A stretch of DNA of 64,000 bases from Polyangia bacterium (GCA_050287845.1 JBNKCR010000098.1:1-64000); one strand, 5' to 3'. Positions 19,429 to 29,404 are shown, numbered from the stretch's first letter. Notes: a model not told the origin generated them from the sequence alone. Program-made: numbers and translations.

Positions 19429-20463
19429 ATGACCATTGGAATTGTGTATCATCCGAGCTTTCACCGGCACGTGGCGAGATTCGATCATCCCGAATGCCCT
19501 GAACGACTGGATGCCGTGATCAGCGGGTTAAAAAAGGGCGGCATCTGGACCCACGCCATGCATATCACTCCGGTTGCCGCAACGAACAGTCAGCTCTGTA
19601 CGGTTCATGAGCCGATGTACGTGGAGAATCTGCTGCGCCGTCTTGATGGCACCAGCGGTAATCTGGATCCGGATACATTCTATTCGTCCGGCACCCGGGA
19701 AGCGGCACTGAAGGCGGCCGGGGGCGGGATTGAGCTGGCCAGGCGAGTGCACCAGCGTGAATTGGAGTGGGGGATGGCCGTGGTCAGGCCACCGGGACAC
19801 CATGCGGAGAGCAACCGTTCCTGCGGATTCTGCCTGTTCAACAATATTGCCGTTGCCGCCGGCGTTCTGCTCGAAGAAAACCCCGGAATCCGTCTGGCGA
19901 TTGTGGACTGGGATGTACATCATGGCAATGGGACGCAGGAGCAGTTCTACAGCAATGATAATGTTTTATATCTCTCGATTCATCAGTGGCCTCATTTTCC
20001 GGGCACCGGTCCGGTAAAGGATGCGGGCAGTGGCCCGGGCAAAGGGTTCAATGTGAATGTACCGTTCCCGGCGGGAATGGGAGATGCCGAATATGCGGAT
20101 GCATTCGAGCGGCTGCTCCTCCCTGTTCTCAAGGCGTTCAATCCGCATCATATTCTGGTGAGTGCCGGTTTCGACGCCCACCGTCTCGATCCCCTCAGCG
20201 GCATGAATCTGTCCACCGAGGCGTATCAATACATGACCATTCAATTGCATACCACTGCCAAATCGCTCTGTGATGGAAGGATTACATTTTTTCTCGAAGG
20301 CGGATATCAACTGAACGCACTCTCCAATTCAGTTGTTTCATTGTGCGATGGAATGCGGCTCAATTCCGCCGGTGCCCCTCCGGGAACAGTGTCGGAACGG
20401 GGCGCTGCGGTGGTGGACACCGCCATCGCGACGATTTCTCCTTTCTGGCAAGGGATTTTCTGA
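19429..20463 (+). CDS. Histone deacetylase-family amidohydrolase
   Basis: HPECPERL, RPPGHHA, GFCLFNN, DWDVHHGNGTQ, SAGFDAH..DPL and LEGGY. Confidence 0.95.
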   Translation: MTIGIVYHPSFHRHVARFDHPECPERLDAVISGLKKGGIWTHAMHITPVAATNSQLCTVHEPMYVENLLRRLDGTSGNLDPDTFYSSGTREAALKAAGGGIELARRVHQRELEWGMAVVRPPGHHAESNRSCGFCLFNNIAVAAGVLLEENPGIRLAIVDWDVHHGNGTQEQFYSNDNVLYLSIHQWPHFPGTGPVKDAGSGPGKGFNVNVPFPAGMGDAEYADAFERLLLPVLKAFNPHHILVSAGFDAHRLDPLSGMNLSTEAYQYMTIQLHTTAKSLCDGRITFFLEGGYQLNALSNSVVSLCDGMRLNSAGAPPGTVSERGAAVVDTAIATISPFWQGIF

Positions 20464-20464
20464 T

Positions 20465-20499
20465 TCCCCTGATTTTTCAGAACCTTCGAAATCAGGGGA
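20465..20499. terminator. Inverted repeat right after the HDAC stop
   Basis: TCCCCTGATTT ... AAATCAGGGGA, followed by TATTTT. Confidence 0.5.
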
Positions 20500-20568
20500 T
20501 ATTTTGTCGGATATTGACTCATTTTTTCCCGCCACTGCGGCAGTTTGTCGCAATGCATTCGCAATTAC

Positions 20569-20598
20569 TTGTATAAAGACTGAAAATTACTGTATAAT
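20569..20598 (+). promoter_or_regulatory. Sigma-70-type promoter
   Basis: TTGTAT-N18-TATAAT upstream of GGAGG and ATG 20639. Confidence 0.45.
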
Positions 20599-20638
20599 CA
20601 GCCCTACTCAGATCTTTAACCCCAAGGGAGGAAAACTG

Positions 20639-21235
20639 ATGATTCGATTTCTAATAGACCAATTCAGAAATGCCCCTGGCCCCTTGAAAAAGCCGCGGAT
20701 ACTTGCTGCGGATTTGGCTGAGGAAATACTGGATTTGGCAGAACACTTTTTAAAAAGAGGAGACTCCGGGAGTACGGTTTCCAATCCCTTCGGTTCGGTA
20801 TCATCGTCTTCAGCACCACCCGCGCCGGATGCACAGACATCGGCGTCCTCCACGGGAGCGGCATCTCCGGTGGTATCTTCGGCTGCCGAGAAACCTGCAA
20901 CTTCCGAACCGAAAGCTGCGGCAGTGCTGGATCCCCGTTTGCGTGACGCCATTGGGATTCCCACCAATATCCGGAAACAGGAATTTAAAGTATTGGCCAT
21001 TCTGTGGGATGCCTGGCAGAAAAAAGTGGGTGCACTTTCTGCTAAAGCCATATCAAAAAGAGGCGAAGATGAGCTGAATGTTCCGATTCGGCATGAAAAT
21101 GTTCGAAAGGTCATACGGATGAGGCTCGAAAATTATGTTAGAGTACATGCGCAGGGAGTTGGCAACGGCACGGTGTACAATTACGAACTCTCCGAGGCTG
21201 GCGCTGAATATTTTGAGTCAACGTATTTGAAGTGA
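20639..21235 (+). CDS. Hypothetical protein with Ser/Ala/Pro linker and C-terminal winged-helix-like domain
   Basis: GGAGG RBS; LSAKAIS...RHENVRKVIR...YELSEAG pattern resembles a wHTH. Confidence 0.65.
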   Translation: MIRFLIDQFRNAPGPLKKPRILAADLAEEILDLAEHFLKRGDSGSTVSNPFGSVSSSSAPPAPDAQTSASSTGAASPVVSSAAEKPATSEPKAAAVLDPRLRDAIGIPTNIRKQEFKVLAILWDAWQKKVGALSAKAISKRGEDELNVPIRHENVRKVIRMRLENYVRVHAQGVGNGTVYNYELSEAGAEYFESTYLK

Positions 21236-21251
21236 AGCAAAAAGGTCTATT

Positions 21252-22781
21252 GTGGCGCAAACGAGCATAAAATTGAATCTGGTAAATATCGATTCTGTTC
21301 CGACATCCACCGATGTATCGAAGATTCTGGTCGTTGATGATGAAAAGGTGATTCGCGAAATTCTCGCTGACTTTCTGACCCTTGAGGGATTTGATGTAAT
21401 CACGGCCGCAGACGGTAGCGCCGCTGTGGACGTACTCAAAAATAATCACTTCAACATGGTGATTTCCGACCTGAAGATGCCCAGAATGGGGGGCCTTGAA
21501 CTCCTGGAGTACATTCAGGACAACCACGACAATCTGCTGACGGTTATCATGACCGGATTCGGAACGGTGGAAACCGCCATCGAGGCAATGAAAAAAGGTG
21601 CCTACGATTACATTCTGAAACCGTTCAAGGTGGAAGAAGTGGTGCATATTGTGCACCGGGGGATGGAAAAGCAGCGTCTCATTTCAGAAAACGTCCGCCT
21701 GAAAGAAATCCTGTCTCTGCATCAGCTTTCGGAGCAGTTGCAATCCACGTTGTCCCTTGATGAAGTGATTGATTCCGTACTTACCGCCCTCATTAAAAAT
21801 TTGAAATGCGACTACGTTGGAATTCATTTACGGGAAAAATCAACGGGACGATTCACAATGCAGAGTCATCAAATCGATCCTGCCGCCAGGGCGGATGTGA
21901 TGGCCGCCGTGATTAATGCGGGAGGGGTGCTGGACGAGATCAGGCGAAATCGATTCATTCTGTCCCAGAATGATGATGGACAGAAGTTTTTTGAAACCGC
22001 TCCGGCGAACCTGTCCTCGTTTCTGGCGTCTCCTCTGGTGGCGCGGCAGGAGGACATTGGTTTTCTCACCGCGTTTTCCTGTACGCACGGATTTCATTTC
22101 ACGGTGGGGCAACGGAAGATGATGGATATTCTCGGTTCCCGCTCCGCCGCGGCAATCGACAATGCAGAGCTGTACGGCGGATTGAAGCAGTCGTTCAGAC
22201 AAACCATCCAGGCATTGGCAAGAGCGCTGGAAGCCATGGATACCTACACTGCGGGACATTCCGATCGGGTAACCCTGTACGCCAGAATCGTGGCCAGGCA
22301 GTTGCACGTTTCAGAAGATGAACTCGAAATCATCACCCAGGCTGCCATGCTCCACGATATTGGCAAATTGGGATGTCACACGAATCTGAATAAACCCGGT
22401 AAACTGACCGATGAAGAATACGAAATTTTTAAACAGCATCCCACGTATGGCAAAGAAATTCTGGAGCCCATCGAATTTCTGAACAACGTGATTCCCGGCG
22501 TGGAATATCATCATGAACGCTGGGACGGGAAGGGATATCCCGCCGGTTTGAAGGGAACAGAAATTCCACTGGTGGCCCGCATTCTTTCCGTGGCGGATGC
22601 GTACGACGCCATGACTTCCGACAGAGCTTATCGAAAAGCGCTGTTGCATGAAAATGCAGTGGATGAAATTCGAAAATTCTCCGGATTGCAGTTCGACCCA
22701 ACCACGGCAGAAGCATTTCTGGAGGGCATCGAAGCGTACCGGAAAGATTGTAGTCGCCGAAATATTCCGGTTCCCGGGTAG
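21252..22781 (+). CDS. Receiver-GAF-HD-GYP cyclic-dinucleotide phosphodiesterase
   Basis: VVDDE...DLKMP; GAF-like middle; YTAGHS.RV, LHDIGK, HHERWDGKGYP and VADAYDAM. Confidence 0.92.
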   Translation: MAQTSIKLNLVNIDSVPTSTDVSKILVVDDEKVIREILADFLTLEGFDVITAADGSAAVDVLKNNHFNMVISDLKMPRMGGLELLEYIQDNHDNLLTVIMTGFGTVETAIEAMKKGAYDYILKPFKVEEVVHIVHRGMEKQRLISENVRLKEILSLHQLSEQLQSTLSLDEVIDSVLTALIKNLKCDYVGIHLREKSTGRFTMQSHQIDPAARADVMAAVINAGGVLDEIRRNRFILSQNDDGQKFFETAPANLSSFLASPLVARQEDIGFLTAFSCTHGFHFTVGQRKMMDILGSRSAAAIDNAELYGGLKQSFRQTIQALARALEAMDTYTAGHSDRVTLYARIVARQLHVSEDELEIITQAAMLHDIGKLGCHTNLNKPGKLTDEEYEIFKQHPTYGKEILEPIEFLNNVIPGVEYHHERWDGKGYPAGLKGTEIPLVARILSVADAYDAMTSDRAYRKALLHENAVDEIRKFSGLQFDPTTAEAFLEGIEAYRKDCSRRNIPVPG

Positions 22782-22820
22782 CGATTCATGCCTCCCGGAG
22801 GAACATTTTCCAGAACGGGA

Positions 22821-24359
22821 ATGAAGTACTCTGTCAGCAATCGGGTGATTGTCGGCCTGAGTATTATCCTGCTCATTTTTACCGGTCTGGTGGTGTACAG
22901 TCTGGTGCTGTATCAGAAAACCGTCAGTGAGATGGAGTTAGTCAATCTCACGTATGTCCCGCTCACCCTCGGCACTTCCGAAATTCAGTCGACCCAGGTG
23001 ATTTTCAATACCCTGCTCGATCGTCTTCAGGAAGAACCCTATCACCCCCTGACCCGGGATTGGCTGAATGCAGCGCGCAGATATCGGCCGGCTCAATTGA
23101 CCAAACTGATTGATGGGATTGATGACACCATCACCTCGACCATCCCGCTTCCCCGGGAGGAACTGCTGTTTCTCAGAGAGTTGCGCAAACGCCTCAGGGA
23201 TGTGCGGCGCCGGTACCGGATGAACGAAAACAAGTTTATTCGGCTGTTTTCGGCGCTCGATATGGGAAAATCCGATAACACCATCACCGAAATTGAAAAT
23301 CTCAAGCGTTCTGAACGGCTGCTCAACAAAGTGCTCCAGGCCATCGGCAACGATGTGAAAACCCATATCACCGAGGTCTCCAATGAGTCCTCGGAAAACG
23401 GTCGCATGGCCACGGTGATTCTGGCCGTACTTGGGCTGGTCGCGCTCACCATCGGTATCGTGATAGTGATGACCACCCGCAAGCTGCTGGCGCCCCTGAA
23501 ACAACTGCAACAGGCGGTTGCCAAAGTGGCCCAGGGGGATTTCGATACGCGCACCGATGTCTACCGGAGTGATGAAATCGGGATGCTGGCATCCAGTTTC
23601 AATCAGATGACCAATGCCCTTGAAGTGCGCGACCGGCAATTGATTCGTTCGGAACGGCTGGCCACCGCAGGCCGCATTGCCGCCCAGGTGACTCACGAAA
23701 TCCGCAATCCGCTCTCGTCGCTTGATCTGAATGCCGACCTGTTGAAAGACGAGATTCAGAGCGATGGTTCGAAAGATGAGTCCCTGCAGTTGATAAACGC
23801 CATGCAGGACGAGATTGAAAGACTGACGCGGATTACCGAAGCGTATCTTCGGTTTGCCAGATTGCCCGCGCCCATCTTCACTGAAAGTCAGATACACCGG
23901 GTGATTGAAAACACCGTTGCGTTCATGGCATCCGCCCTTGATGAACTGCATATTGAGGTGACAACGGATTTGGCGGCCCGGCCCGATACGGCGTACTTTG
24001 ACCGGGAACAGATGGTTCAGGTGCTCATCAACCTGATTCGCAACGCCATGCAGGCCATGCCCGCCGGCGGACAGATTCGAATTGGCACCACCAGGGATGT
24101 GGAGTGGCTGAAAGTGATTGTCAGCGATTCGGGAACCGGAATCAGTGCGGATTCCGCAGCCAGCATCTTTGATCCATTTTTTACCACCAAGAGCGATGGT
24201 ACCGGCCTCGGTCTTGCCATGGTTCGCCAGATCTGTCTGGCGCATGGCGGCAATATCCAGTACATTGAGCAAAAATCTGATACGGACACAGCAGGTGCCT
24301 TGTTTGAGGTATCCATTCCAGTGAGCAAGAAGGAAACAATCTATGAAAAGAGCGAGTAA
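22821..24359 (+). CDS. Membrane sensor histidine kinase (periplasmic helical domain, HAMP, HisKA, HATPase)
   Basis: Two TM segments; DEIGMLA; HEIRNPL; NLIRNA; DSGTG; FDPFFTTK; GTGLGL. Confidence 0.93.
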   Translation: MKYSVSNRVIVGLSIILLIFTGLVVYSLVLYQKTVSEMELVNLTYVPLTLGTSEIQSTQVIFNTLLDRLQEEPYHPLTRDWLNAARRYRPAQLTKLIDGIDDTITSTIPLPREELLFLRELRKRLRDVRRRYRMNENKFIRLFSALDMGKSDNTITEIENLKRSERLLNKVLQAIGNDVKTHITEVSNESSENGRMATVILAVLGLVALTIGIVIVMTTRKLLAPLKQLQQAVAKVAQGDFDTRTDVYRSDEIGMLASSFNQMTNALEVRDRQLIRSERLATAGRIAAQVTHEIRNPLSSLDLNADLLKDEIQSDGSKDESLQLINAMQDEIERLTRITEAYLRFARLPAPIFTESQIHRVIENTVAFMASALDELHIEVTTDLAARPDTAYFDREQMVQVLINLIRNAMQAMPAGGQIRIGTTRDVEWLKVIVSDSGTGISADSAASIFDPFFTTKSDGTGLGLAMVRQICLAHGGNIQYIEQKSDTDTAGALFEVSIPVSKKETIYEKSE

Positions 24360-25101
24360 CGATACAGGCCGGCAGGTCATCATCACCCCGAACTTTCTGA
24401 AACATCCTGAAGGATCGGTGCTGATTGAAACAGGGGATACCAAAGTGATATGCACCGCATCGGTGGAAAACAGGGTGAATGACTGGTTGCGGGGAAAAGG
24501 AAAAGGATGGGTCACCGCGGAATACGCCATGCTGCCACGGGCCAACGCCAACCGGAACAGGCGGGAAGGGCAGTTTGGCCGGTGGCCATCCAGCCGATCT
24601 CAGGAAATACAGCGATTGATAGGACGCTGCCTGCGCGCCAGTGTGTGGCCGGCACGACTCGGTGAAATTACCATCACCGTTGATTGCGATGTGATTCAGG
24701 CGGATGGCGGTACGCGGACGGCGTCTGTCACCGGAGGCTGGGTGGCATTGGCTCTCGCACTTGAAAAATTGCAGAATGAAGGAAGAATTAAGAGCCGTCC
24801 CCTGAAGCGGCAGATTGCCGCTGTCAGCGTGGGCATCAAAAGCGGCGAATGTCTGCTGGATTTGAATTACGACGAAGATTCCTCGGCAGATGTGGATTTG
24901 AATATTGCCGGTGACGAGAAGGGCGGTATCGTGGAGGTACAGGGAACTGCCGAAGGCAAACTGTATTCATTCGAGGAATTGAATGCGATGACCACACTGG
25001 GTCTTCAGGGCATTCAATCTCTTGTGCAACATCAGCAGGCCACCCTTGCTTCAATGGGTATCAGTCTGGAGTCGCTGTTGCAGAGACCGGAAGATTTATA
25101 A
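24343..25101 (+). CDS. rph: Ribonuclease PH
   Basis: GSVLIE.GDTKVICTAS, GWVTAEYAMLP, RSQEIQRLIGR, DCDVIQADGGTRTAS and EVQGTAEG. Confidence 0.97.
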   Translation: MKRASNDTGRQVIITPNFLKHPEGSVLIETGDTKVICTASVENRVNDWLRGKGKGWVTAEYAMLPRANANRNRREGQFGRWPSSRSQEIQRLIGRCLRASVWPARLGEITITVDCDVIQADGGTRTASVTGGWVALALALEKLQNEGRIKSRPLKRQIAAVSVGIKSGECLLDLNYDEDSSADVDLNIAGDEKGGIVEVQGTAEGKLYSFEELNAMTTLGLQGIQSLVQHQQATLASMGISLESLLQRPEDL

Positions 25102-25691
25102 TGGGTCGGCTGGTGGTTGCCACCTCGAATCAGGGGAAGACCAGAGAGATCAATCGCATCGTTGCCGAGTTGGGGTTTACGGTATCGTCTCTGCTCGATG
25201 TGAATGACCCTCCGGAAATTATTGAGGACGCCGATTCCTTTGAGGGCAACGCGGTGAAAAAGGCGCGGATTGTCAGCGCGCATTACGGATGCGATTCCCT
25301 GGCAGATGATTCCGGGTTGGTGGTGGATGCGCTCAATGGCGCACCCGGGGTGCATTCCGCCCGCTATGGTGGACCGGGGCTGAACGACCGCGAACGCTAC
25401 GAAAAGCTGTTGGCTGCGCTGACCGATGTTCCCGAATCCGCCCGAACCGCGCGGTTTGAATGCGCACTGGCGTTTGTGAGCCCCGGCAACGAGCCGGCAA
25501 TATTTCGCGGAACGGTCGAAGGCCGCATCGCGTCTGGCCCCACGGGCGCCAATGGGTTCGGATACGATCCGATATTCATTCCGGAGGGAATGGGGATGTC
25601 CATGGCAGAATTGGATGTCGACCAGAAAAAACACATCAGCCACCGCGGTCGCGCGTTGGCCGCGTTTGCCCAATGGCTTCGAAAGCGATAA
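25101..25691 (+). CDS. rdgB: Non-canonical purine NTP pyrophosphatase (RdgB/HAM1)
   Basis: ATSNQGK, ADDSGL.VDAL.GAPGV.SAR, GFGYDPIF and SHR. Confidence 0.97.
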   Translation: MGRLVVATSNQGKTREINRIVAELGFTVSSLLDVNDPPEIIEDADSFEGNAVKKARIVSAHYGCDSLADDSGLVVDALNGAPGVHSARYGGPGLNDRERYEKLLAALTDVPESARTARFECALAFVSPGNEPAIFRGTVEGRIASGPTGANGFGYDPIFIPEGMGMSMAELDVDQKKHISHRGRALAAFAQWLRKR

Positions 25692-25735
25692 CCGCCAATA
25701 CTTCTCAATGGCTATCCTGAAATTTTCCTTTGTTT

Positions 25736-27019
25736 TTATTGCAGAACCATACTGTCCAGGTACAGGTTTTCCACGTTCTCCGTGCGGCTGATGGTGAACC
25801 CGTGAATCCAGTCCACATCCGGACAGCTTCCGGCAATGTCCACCGTGTATGTTTTCCACTCACCGGAGAGGTTGAAAGTGGGTGGATTGGAACAGCGGGC
25901 GTCTTCGGAGCGCGGCGCGATTTCAACCGTGCCGCCACCGCTGGCGGAGCGCGCCTGAAGAGTGAGTGTGGAAAAATCACTTCCGGGAAATACATGTCGG
26001 TATGTGATATGAAGTCCACTGCCATCGAAATGGGTCAGCAACAGGCATGCGCTGCTGTCATCCGCGCAGTCTGATGTGCTTTCGGAGAGCTGGGCATCGC
26101 CCCACAGATTGGGTTCCCATCGGACACCATCAATTCCACCCCATTCATCGTCATACACCGCGGCGGGCGGAACAAATGCGCAGACGCCGTTTTCGGCCGA
26201 AATGTCCGCAAACTGTACACCCGAATCAAAGTCACTTCCTTCCGCGATATCGGCTGTCAGCACGGCAGTGGATTCCACCACCTCCCCCGGCGCGCTCGTA
26301 AAGCGGAATACGCCCCCCGGGCCATTGGCGGCGAATGTCACCTTATCTTCTTCCAGACACCATCGGGCAAGACATCGGCTCATGGGCAGCCATTCGTTGC
26401 TGTCTGCAGCCCGGTACTCCACGGTTCGGATGGGAAATCGATGGTTGAAAAATGCGAGCTGCATATATCCCCATTGATTGCGGGAGGTGATATACACATG
26501 AATGTTTCCGCTCACGGGGCAGGGGACGCGCTTCACCGCCGCTTCTCCCAGCCAGCCGCCGCCATCTATGGCATCCGCCACCTCGCCCGAGACATCAAAA
26601 TGAAAATAGCTGCCGGCGCAGACGGGGTTTCCCTCGATGGGGCAAAGGTCATGCACCATGACCAACTCTGTTGCAAAACTGGTGCTGATTTGCCAACACT
26701 CGCCACACGCTTCGCCGGGGTCACCGTTGTAGGAACTGCCGTTCCATGGTTCTGCAATTGCAACGGTCATGCCCCTTCGCACAAAATCCGGCAGAATCGA
26801 GGAGGTTCGGTCGAAACCGCACCACCGGCGATCGCTCGAATTGTAGTAGGTCATCCGAACACTGCCGCACCCGGCAGACACACCATCGGCGGGAGTATCA
26901 GGTGCGGTCGACGCCGGCGATTCCGTTATTTCGTCGCCACATCCCGCGACCACTGCACTCATCGGAATCACCGCCAATGCAATTGTCGCAAGAATTGATC
27001 CGTTTGCACTTTTTATCAT
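25736..27019 (-). CDS. Bacterial expansin (EXLX1-like) lipoprotein with additional C-terminal CBM-like domain
   Basis: Lipobox VVAGC; ACGECW, V.DLCP, HFD and VPCPVSGNI; second domain with NHRFPI..VEY; extra beta-rich domain ending LYLDSM.L. Confidence 0.8.
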   Translation of the reverse strand: MIKSANGSILATIALAVIPMSAVVAGCGDEITESPASTAPDTPADGVSAGCGSVRMTYYNSSDRRWCGFDRTSSILPDFVRRGMTVAIAEPWNGSSYNGDPGEACGECWQISTSFATELVMVHDLCPIEGNPVCAGSYFHFDVSGEVADAIDGGGWLGEAAVKRVPCPVSGNIHVYITSRNQWGYMQLAFFNHRFPIRTVEYRAADSNEWLPMSRCLARWCLEEDKVTFAANGPGGVFRFTSAPGEVVESTAVLTADIAEGSDFDSGVQFADISAENGVCAFVPPAAVYDDEWGGIDGVRWEPNLWGDAQLSESTSDCADDSSACLLLTHFDGSGLHITYRHVFPGSDFSTLTLQARSASGGGTVEIAPRSEDARCSNPPTFNLSGEWKTYTVDIAGSCPDVDWIHGFTISRTENVENLYLDSMVLQ

Positions 27020-27170
27020 ACATTGATTGTACGTTCCGCCTCTGGATATGCAAGGAGCTGAACAGTTAAACCCGCCGCCTCGGGATGTATTGGAACGTTG
27101 CATGAAAATAAATATTAAATATACTGGACATATCAATTTTTCTATTTCCTGAATGGTCTGGAGCTACATC

Positions 27171-28004
27171 ATGAAGAAACCTTTGCGTCATTCTTTTCGG
27201 CTTTTGTTCGTGTGCATTGTTCCCTGGTGGACAATCGGATGTGTCAGTGATCTGGCGGACGTGCGAACCCTCAGCAATGCAGACTCCGATAGCGCGGATA
27301 CGTCTTCTGCTGAACTGGAAACGGAGAGCGTATCCGGCCAATCCGATTCTGATACCGATACGGACACAGACACGGACACAGACACGGACACAGATACAGA
27401 CACGGACACAGATACGGACACGGACACCGACACCGACACCGACACGGATACAGACACAGACACGGACACGGATACGGATACAGGTACCGGTTCGGACGGG
27501 GGCCCGGACTCGGACACCGGCCCGGGCATCGATACGGGGACCGCCGCGGCGCCGGACACGCTGCAGCTCGAGGCGGAATGCGCGTTTGCCGGTGTAGCCG
27601 GCTGTGATGATGTGAACGGTTTTAACAGTGAATCTCCACCCGCGGACTGGGCAGAAGGTGTAAATGCCTTTCCCGTGCTGGAAAACGGCGACACCACAGT
27701 TGGCTATTTTAACGGTGGCGTGTGGATTGCCTTTTCAGATATTCAGATTTTTGCGTATTCCCGGGTGACCATTCGCACTGCAGGTGGTGAAGACAGCGCG
27801 GAAGGTTTCACACTGAGATTGGATAGTGAAAACGGCGATGTCGTTGCGGCGATTTCTGTCGGAAATACTGGCGGCTGGGATGTGTGGCAGGAGATCAGCG
27901 CGGATTTCCAGTTAAGTCCGGTCGGGGTTCACGATATATATCTCGTGGCCACCACGCCGGATATTGGAAACGGCAATCTCGACTGGGTCAGGCTTCACAA
28001 CTGA
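27171..28004 (+). CDS. Lipoprotein with (Asp-Thr)n linker and CBM6-like module
   Basis: Lipobox TIGC; LEAE, VGYF..G.W, LRLDS.NG, NTGGWDVWQ, GVHDIYL and NLDW. Confidence 0.82.
   Translation: MKKPLRHSFRLLFVCIVPWWTIGCVSDLADVRTLSNADSDSADTSSAELETESVSGQSDSDTDTDTDTDTDTDTDTDTDTDTDTDTDTDTDTDTDTDTDTDTDTGTGSDGGPDSDTGPGIDTGTAAAPDTLQLEAECAFAGVAGCDDVNGFNSESPPADWAEGVNAFPVLENGDTTVGYFNGGVWIAFSDIQIFAYSRVTIRTAGGEDSAEGFTLRLDSENGDVVAAISVGNTGGWDVWQEISADFQLSPVGVHDIYLVATTPDIGNGNLDWVRLHN
27345..27482 (+). repeat. Coding hexamer repeat GAYACN encoding (DT)n
   Basis: Read directly in the sequence and its translation. Confidence 0.95.
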
Positions 28005-28012
28005 TTTCTTTG

Positions 28013-28357
28013 TCAGAAGGTGCTGCCGTTCCACCCCCAGTTGCTTCTCGGTACATCTGTGAACGTGGCGTATACCCGCTCTTTGGGTATATTCAGATTG
28101 GCGCTGCAGTATTCGCAAAGACTGTTTGTCAGTGCCGCGTTGACATTCTGATTGAGACCACCAATGCCGCGGATGTCGAACAGTGCAGCATCTCCACTTT
28201 TTTCGGCGAGCATGATTGGGGTCTGTTCAATGGTGACCATCACGTACGAGGCAGGTTTACCTGTACATTCTGAAACGATGTCTGATAATTTTTTCATGAC
28301 ATCATTCTGTTTGTCCGCGTTGATTTGATTTGTTGTCTGCATTTTAATCAGTGGCAT
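28013..28357 (-). CDS. MIF/phenylpyruvate tautomerase-family protein
   Basis: N-terminal M-P (catalytic Pro1), TGKP.SYVMV, IGG and WGWNGSTF. Confidence 0.9.
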   Translation of the reverse strand: MPLIKMQTTNQINADKQNDVMKKLSDIVSECTGKPASYVMVTIEQTPIMLAEKSGDAALFDIRGIGGLNQNVNAALTNSLCEYCSANLNIPKERVYATFTDVPRSNWGWNGSTF

Positions 28358-28488
28358 ATTTATTACTCCATTATTGGTTTGCGTTTTCTTTTCATCGGGA
28401 TTGATGTGAATATAACGCAAAAGATAATTTGAACTGAATTTAAATTAATGATGAAATGGCATGAAACAACTACCGTAAGGAGAATCAC

Positions 28489-29265
28489 ATGTTTTTAACT
28501 CGGAAAATTGTTTGGATTGCATGGACTGGCGTGTTTTCTCTGCTGTTCGTCGCCGGATGCAATGAGGAGGTGAAAGAAGAACTTGAAAAGTGCAAGCAGA
28601 ACATGTTCATCGTTGAAAAGGATAAGAAGGATGCCCAGAAACGGGTTGAGGAATTGACAAAATCCGTCATGGCCGCGCAGGAACAGTTGAAAGCGACAGA
28701 GGACCTGAAAAAGGATTACAACAAGCGTCAGACCCTGTCCAAAGAGCGTCTGGCCACAATTAAAGATATTCTGGATCAACTGAAGGCAATTATCGAGTCC
28801 GGTGATTTGAAAGTGCGAATGCACCGCGGCAGGATGACCATGGAATTGCCCAGTGCGGTGCTGTTTGAATCCGGAAAGGCGGAATTGAGCGACAAGGGAA
28901 AAGAGACGCTGAAGAGCGTGGCAAAGGTTCTGAAAAAAATTCAGGGACGGGAGTTTCAGGTGGCTGGCCATACGGACAATGTTCGCGTCAGCGAGGGAAA
29001 TCCCTATGGGGACAACTGGCATTTAAGCACTGCCCGGGCCATTTCGGTGGTTCTTTTCCTGAAAGACACCGGTGTATCACCGAAGCAGTTGAGCGCAGCG
29101 GGTTATGCTCAATATCAACCTACCGCACCCAATAAAGGCAAACGGGGAAAAGCGCGTAACCGCCGCATCGAAATCACCCTGATGCCCAACCTGAAAGAAC
29201 TGCCGGATTTGAGCGAAATCGAGGAAGAATTCGGGCTCAAGGAACCCGCCGGATCCGATAGCTGA
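28489..29265 (+). CDS. OmpA/MotB C-terminal-domain lipoprotein with coiled coil
   Basis: Lipobox VAGC; VLFESG, VAGHTD, NWHLSTARA and NRRIEI. Confidence 0.9.
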   Translation: MFLTRKIVWIAWTGVFSLLFVAGCNEEVKEELEKCKQNMFIVEKDKKDAQKRVEELTKSVMAAQEQLKATEDLKKDYNKRQTLSKERLATIKDILDQLKAIIESGDLKVRMHRGRMTMELPSAVLFESGKAELSDKGKETLKSVAKVLKKIQGREFQVAGHTDNVRVSEGNPYGDNWHLSTARAISVVLFLKDTGVSPKQLSAAGYAQYQPTAPNKGKRGKARNRRIEITLMPNLKELPDLSEIEEEFGLKEPAGSDS

Positions 29266-29404
29266 CAGTTGTTCCCGGGGGGACGTCATTTCTACCGCAG
29301 ACCGGTTGTCCTTTTCTCGTCCTGACAGTATAAAGTCCACACGGTTTCAACCGATAATATCAATTGATATTGTGATTCACACTGCATTTTAGCTGGAGGG
29401 ACAG

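Noticed and set aside
22938..24551. Long antisense ORFs (537 aa here; also 12238-13281, 16642-17658, 42121-43539)
   Set aside because: They lie opposite well-supported genes and have no recognisable motifs; typical codon-bias shadows.
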